Assembly: GCA_963768425.1 (NCBI GenBank)
Contig: CAVYHV010000015.1
Coordinates: forward strand, 24,427-88,426
Length of the DNA stretch: 64,000 nucleotides
Direction: 5' to 3'
Source of the DNA: Candidatus Bathyarchaeota archaeon
Lineage (GTDB): Archaea > Thermoproteota > Bathyarchaeia > Bathyarchaeales > Bathycorpusculaceae
Shown: positions 62,998 through 64,000 of the stretch, piece after piece
Layout: every line of letters starts with the position of its first letter
Position numbering within the stretch: position 1 is the first letter of the stretch
Made by a program: the position numbers and the translations under genes
The notes under the pieces: model-generated
Databases searched by the model: none
What the model was told of the DNA's origin: nothing
The model's input: only the letters and a program-made list of their open reading frames with translations

Positions 62998-63552
62998 ATG
63001 TCTGTAGAGTCGGGAAAAAATTTGGGCGGCATCGGTTCCATATTCTTGGTGATACCAATTCCATTTCTGAGCATCGTTGGCATAATACTAGTCCTTTTTG
63101 GAATGAACAACTTATCTAAAGCGTACAACGACCCAAGCATTTGGCAAAACACGCTCTATGCTGTGGTCTTCGGAATAATAGGAATAATTGCAGCTGGCTT
63201 AACTCTTGTCTCGCTGTTTTTCGGAGGGATTTTCGCTAGCGGTGTTTTTGTAGCGGGCACAGGATTAGCAGGATTTTTTGCAGGACTCATCGTATTTCTG
63301 GTGGTAGCTTTCATATTCTATATACTTGAAGCTATCTATATCAGAAGAGCATTTGATTCTCTCGCAAACAAATCTGGAGTTGGGTTATTTAGAACTGGAG
63401 GATTGCTTTTGCTAATCGGTGCGGTTCTTACAATAGTTTTGGTTGGTTTGTTCTTAATTTTCATCGCGTGGATACTGATACTTGTAGCTTTCTTCCAGAT
63501 ACCAACAAGTTCAATGCCTCCGCAGTCTCAGATGCCACCGCCACCAATGTAG
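62998..63552 (+). CDS. DUF996 family membrane protein
   Basis: LGGIGSI...IVG.ILV..G...LS..Y....I.QN; F.TGGLLLLIGAVL.I..VG....IAWIL..VAFF. Confidence 0.8.
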   Translation: MSVESGKNLGGIGSIFLVIPIPFLSIVGIILVLFGMNNLSKAYNDPSIWQNTLYAVVFGIIGIIAAGLTLVSLFFGGIFASGVFVAGTGLAGFFAGLIVFLVVAFIFYILEAIYIRRAFDSLANKSGVGLFRTGGLLLLIGAVLTIVLVGLFLIFIAWILILVAFFQIPTSSMPPQSQMPPPPM

Positions 63553-63694
63553 TGACCTAAATTTTCTTTTTTTTCTTCCATGTTCTTAGTCGTTAATTTT
63601 TCTTGTGTTAGAGCGCACTAAAAAGAGTTGTTTGGCTTTTGCGTTTGGTGCGTTGGGTTTTTGAAAACCTCTGTTGTTTACAACAAAGATTTGG

Positions 63695-64000
63695 GCTGGT
63701 GTGTTGGTTGTAACCCGCCTTCTGTTGTCTGTGGCATTCGGCTAATCGGGCTACCCGCGCCTTGGGTAGAGTCCTCATTGGCGACTGTTTGCCCTTTCCA
63801 CTTGCAGGACGGCCGTTTCACCGGTTCCATGTTGGCGCACTCGACCTCACTAAGGCGTCATCGACAAGTCCAACTGGACGTTTCGTTTCTGCTCCGTTGC
63901 TAACGCTCTCGCGTTGCTCCTTTTGGGGAGCTGCAATTCTACACGTGGGCGGAGTTTCCTCAGACCCATCATTTCTTGGGTCCGAAAGCCACACACCAAC
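63695..64000 (-). ncRNA. rnpB: archaeal RNase P RNA (5' end at or just past the window edge)
   Basis: minus strand: GAGGAAACTCCGCCC (63947-63961) pairs with ACAGAAGGCGGGTTA (63711-63725) as P4; CGGTGAAACGGCCGTCC motif; P1 GTTGGTGTGTGG / CCAACACACCAGC. Confidence 0.92.

Overview
Archaeal chromosomal segment, most likely Bathyarchaeia or a related TACK lineage. This is inferred from L38e, an archaeal RNase P RNA, a Cren7-like gene, methanofuran genes and multicopy beta-propeller surface proteins. Left end (1-4.2 kb): small housekeeping genes, tRNA-Val(CAC) and tRNA-Phe(GAA). From 4.2 to 32.5 kb an island starts at the tRNA-Phe 3' end. Five copies of a 38-39 bp site (consensus GACGGTTTAAACGACGRCWTSAAGCTAGCCCTCGGCAC, ending in the tRNA-Phe 3' end) divide it into five cargo units of about 14.9, 8.9, 2.8, 0.64 and 0.81 kb. 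The cargo is PAS/GAF sensors, surface proteins with an Lrp regulator, a TetR module and two minimal RelE toxin-antitoxin units. No integrase is visible anywhere in the window. An IS1182 element and two 130-bp MITEs sit in the loops of related hairpins at unit ends. Right part: more beta-propeller paralogs, an MMPL transporter, a methanofuran operon (mfnB-A-D-F-E) with a divergent HisA-like gene, TFS, many small Zn-ribbon ORFs and the RNase P RNA gene. The rnpB 3' end is duplicated 1.9 kb away, suggesting an insertion at rnpB. Many genes carry single-base indels, several in homopolymers, which are probably partly sequencing or consensus errors. All family assignments are by eye and were not database-checked.
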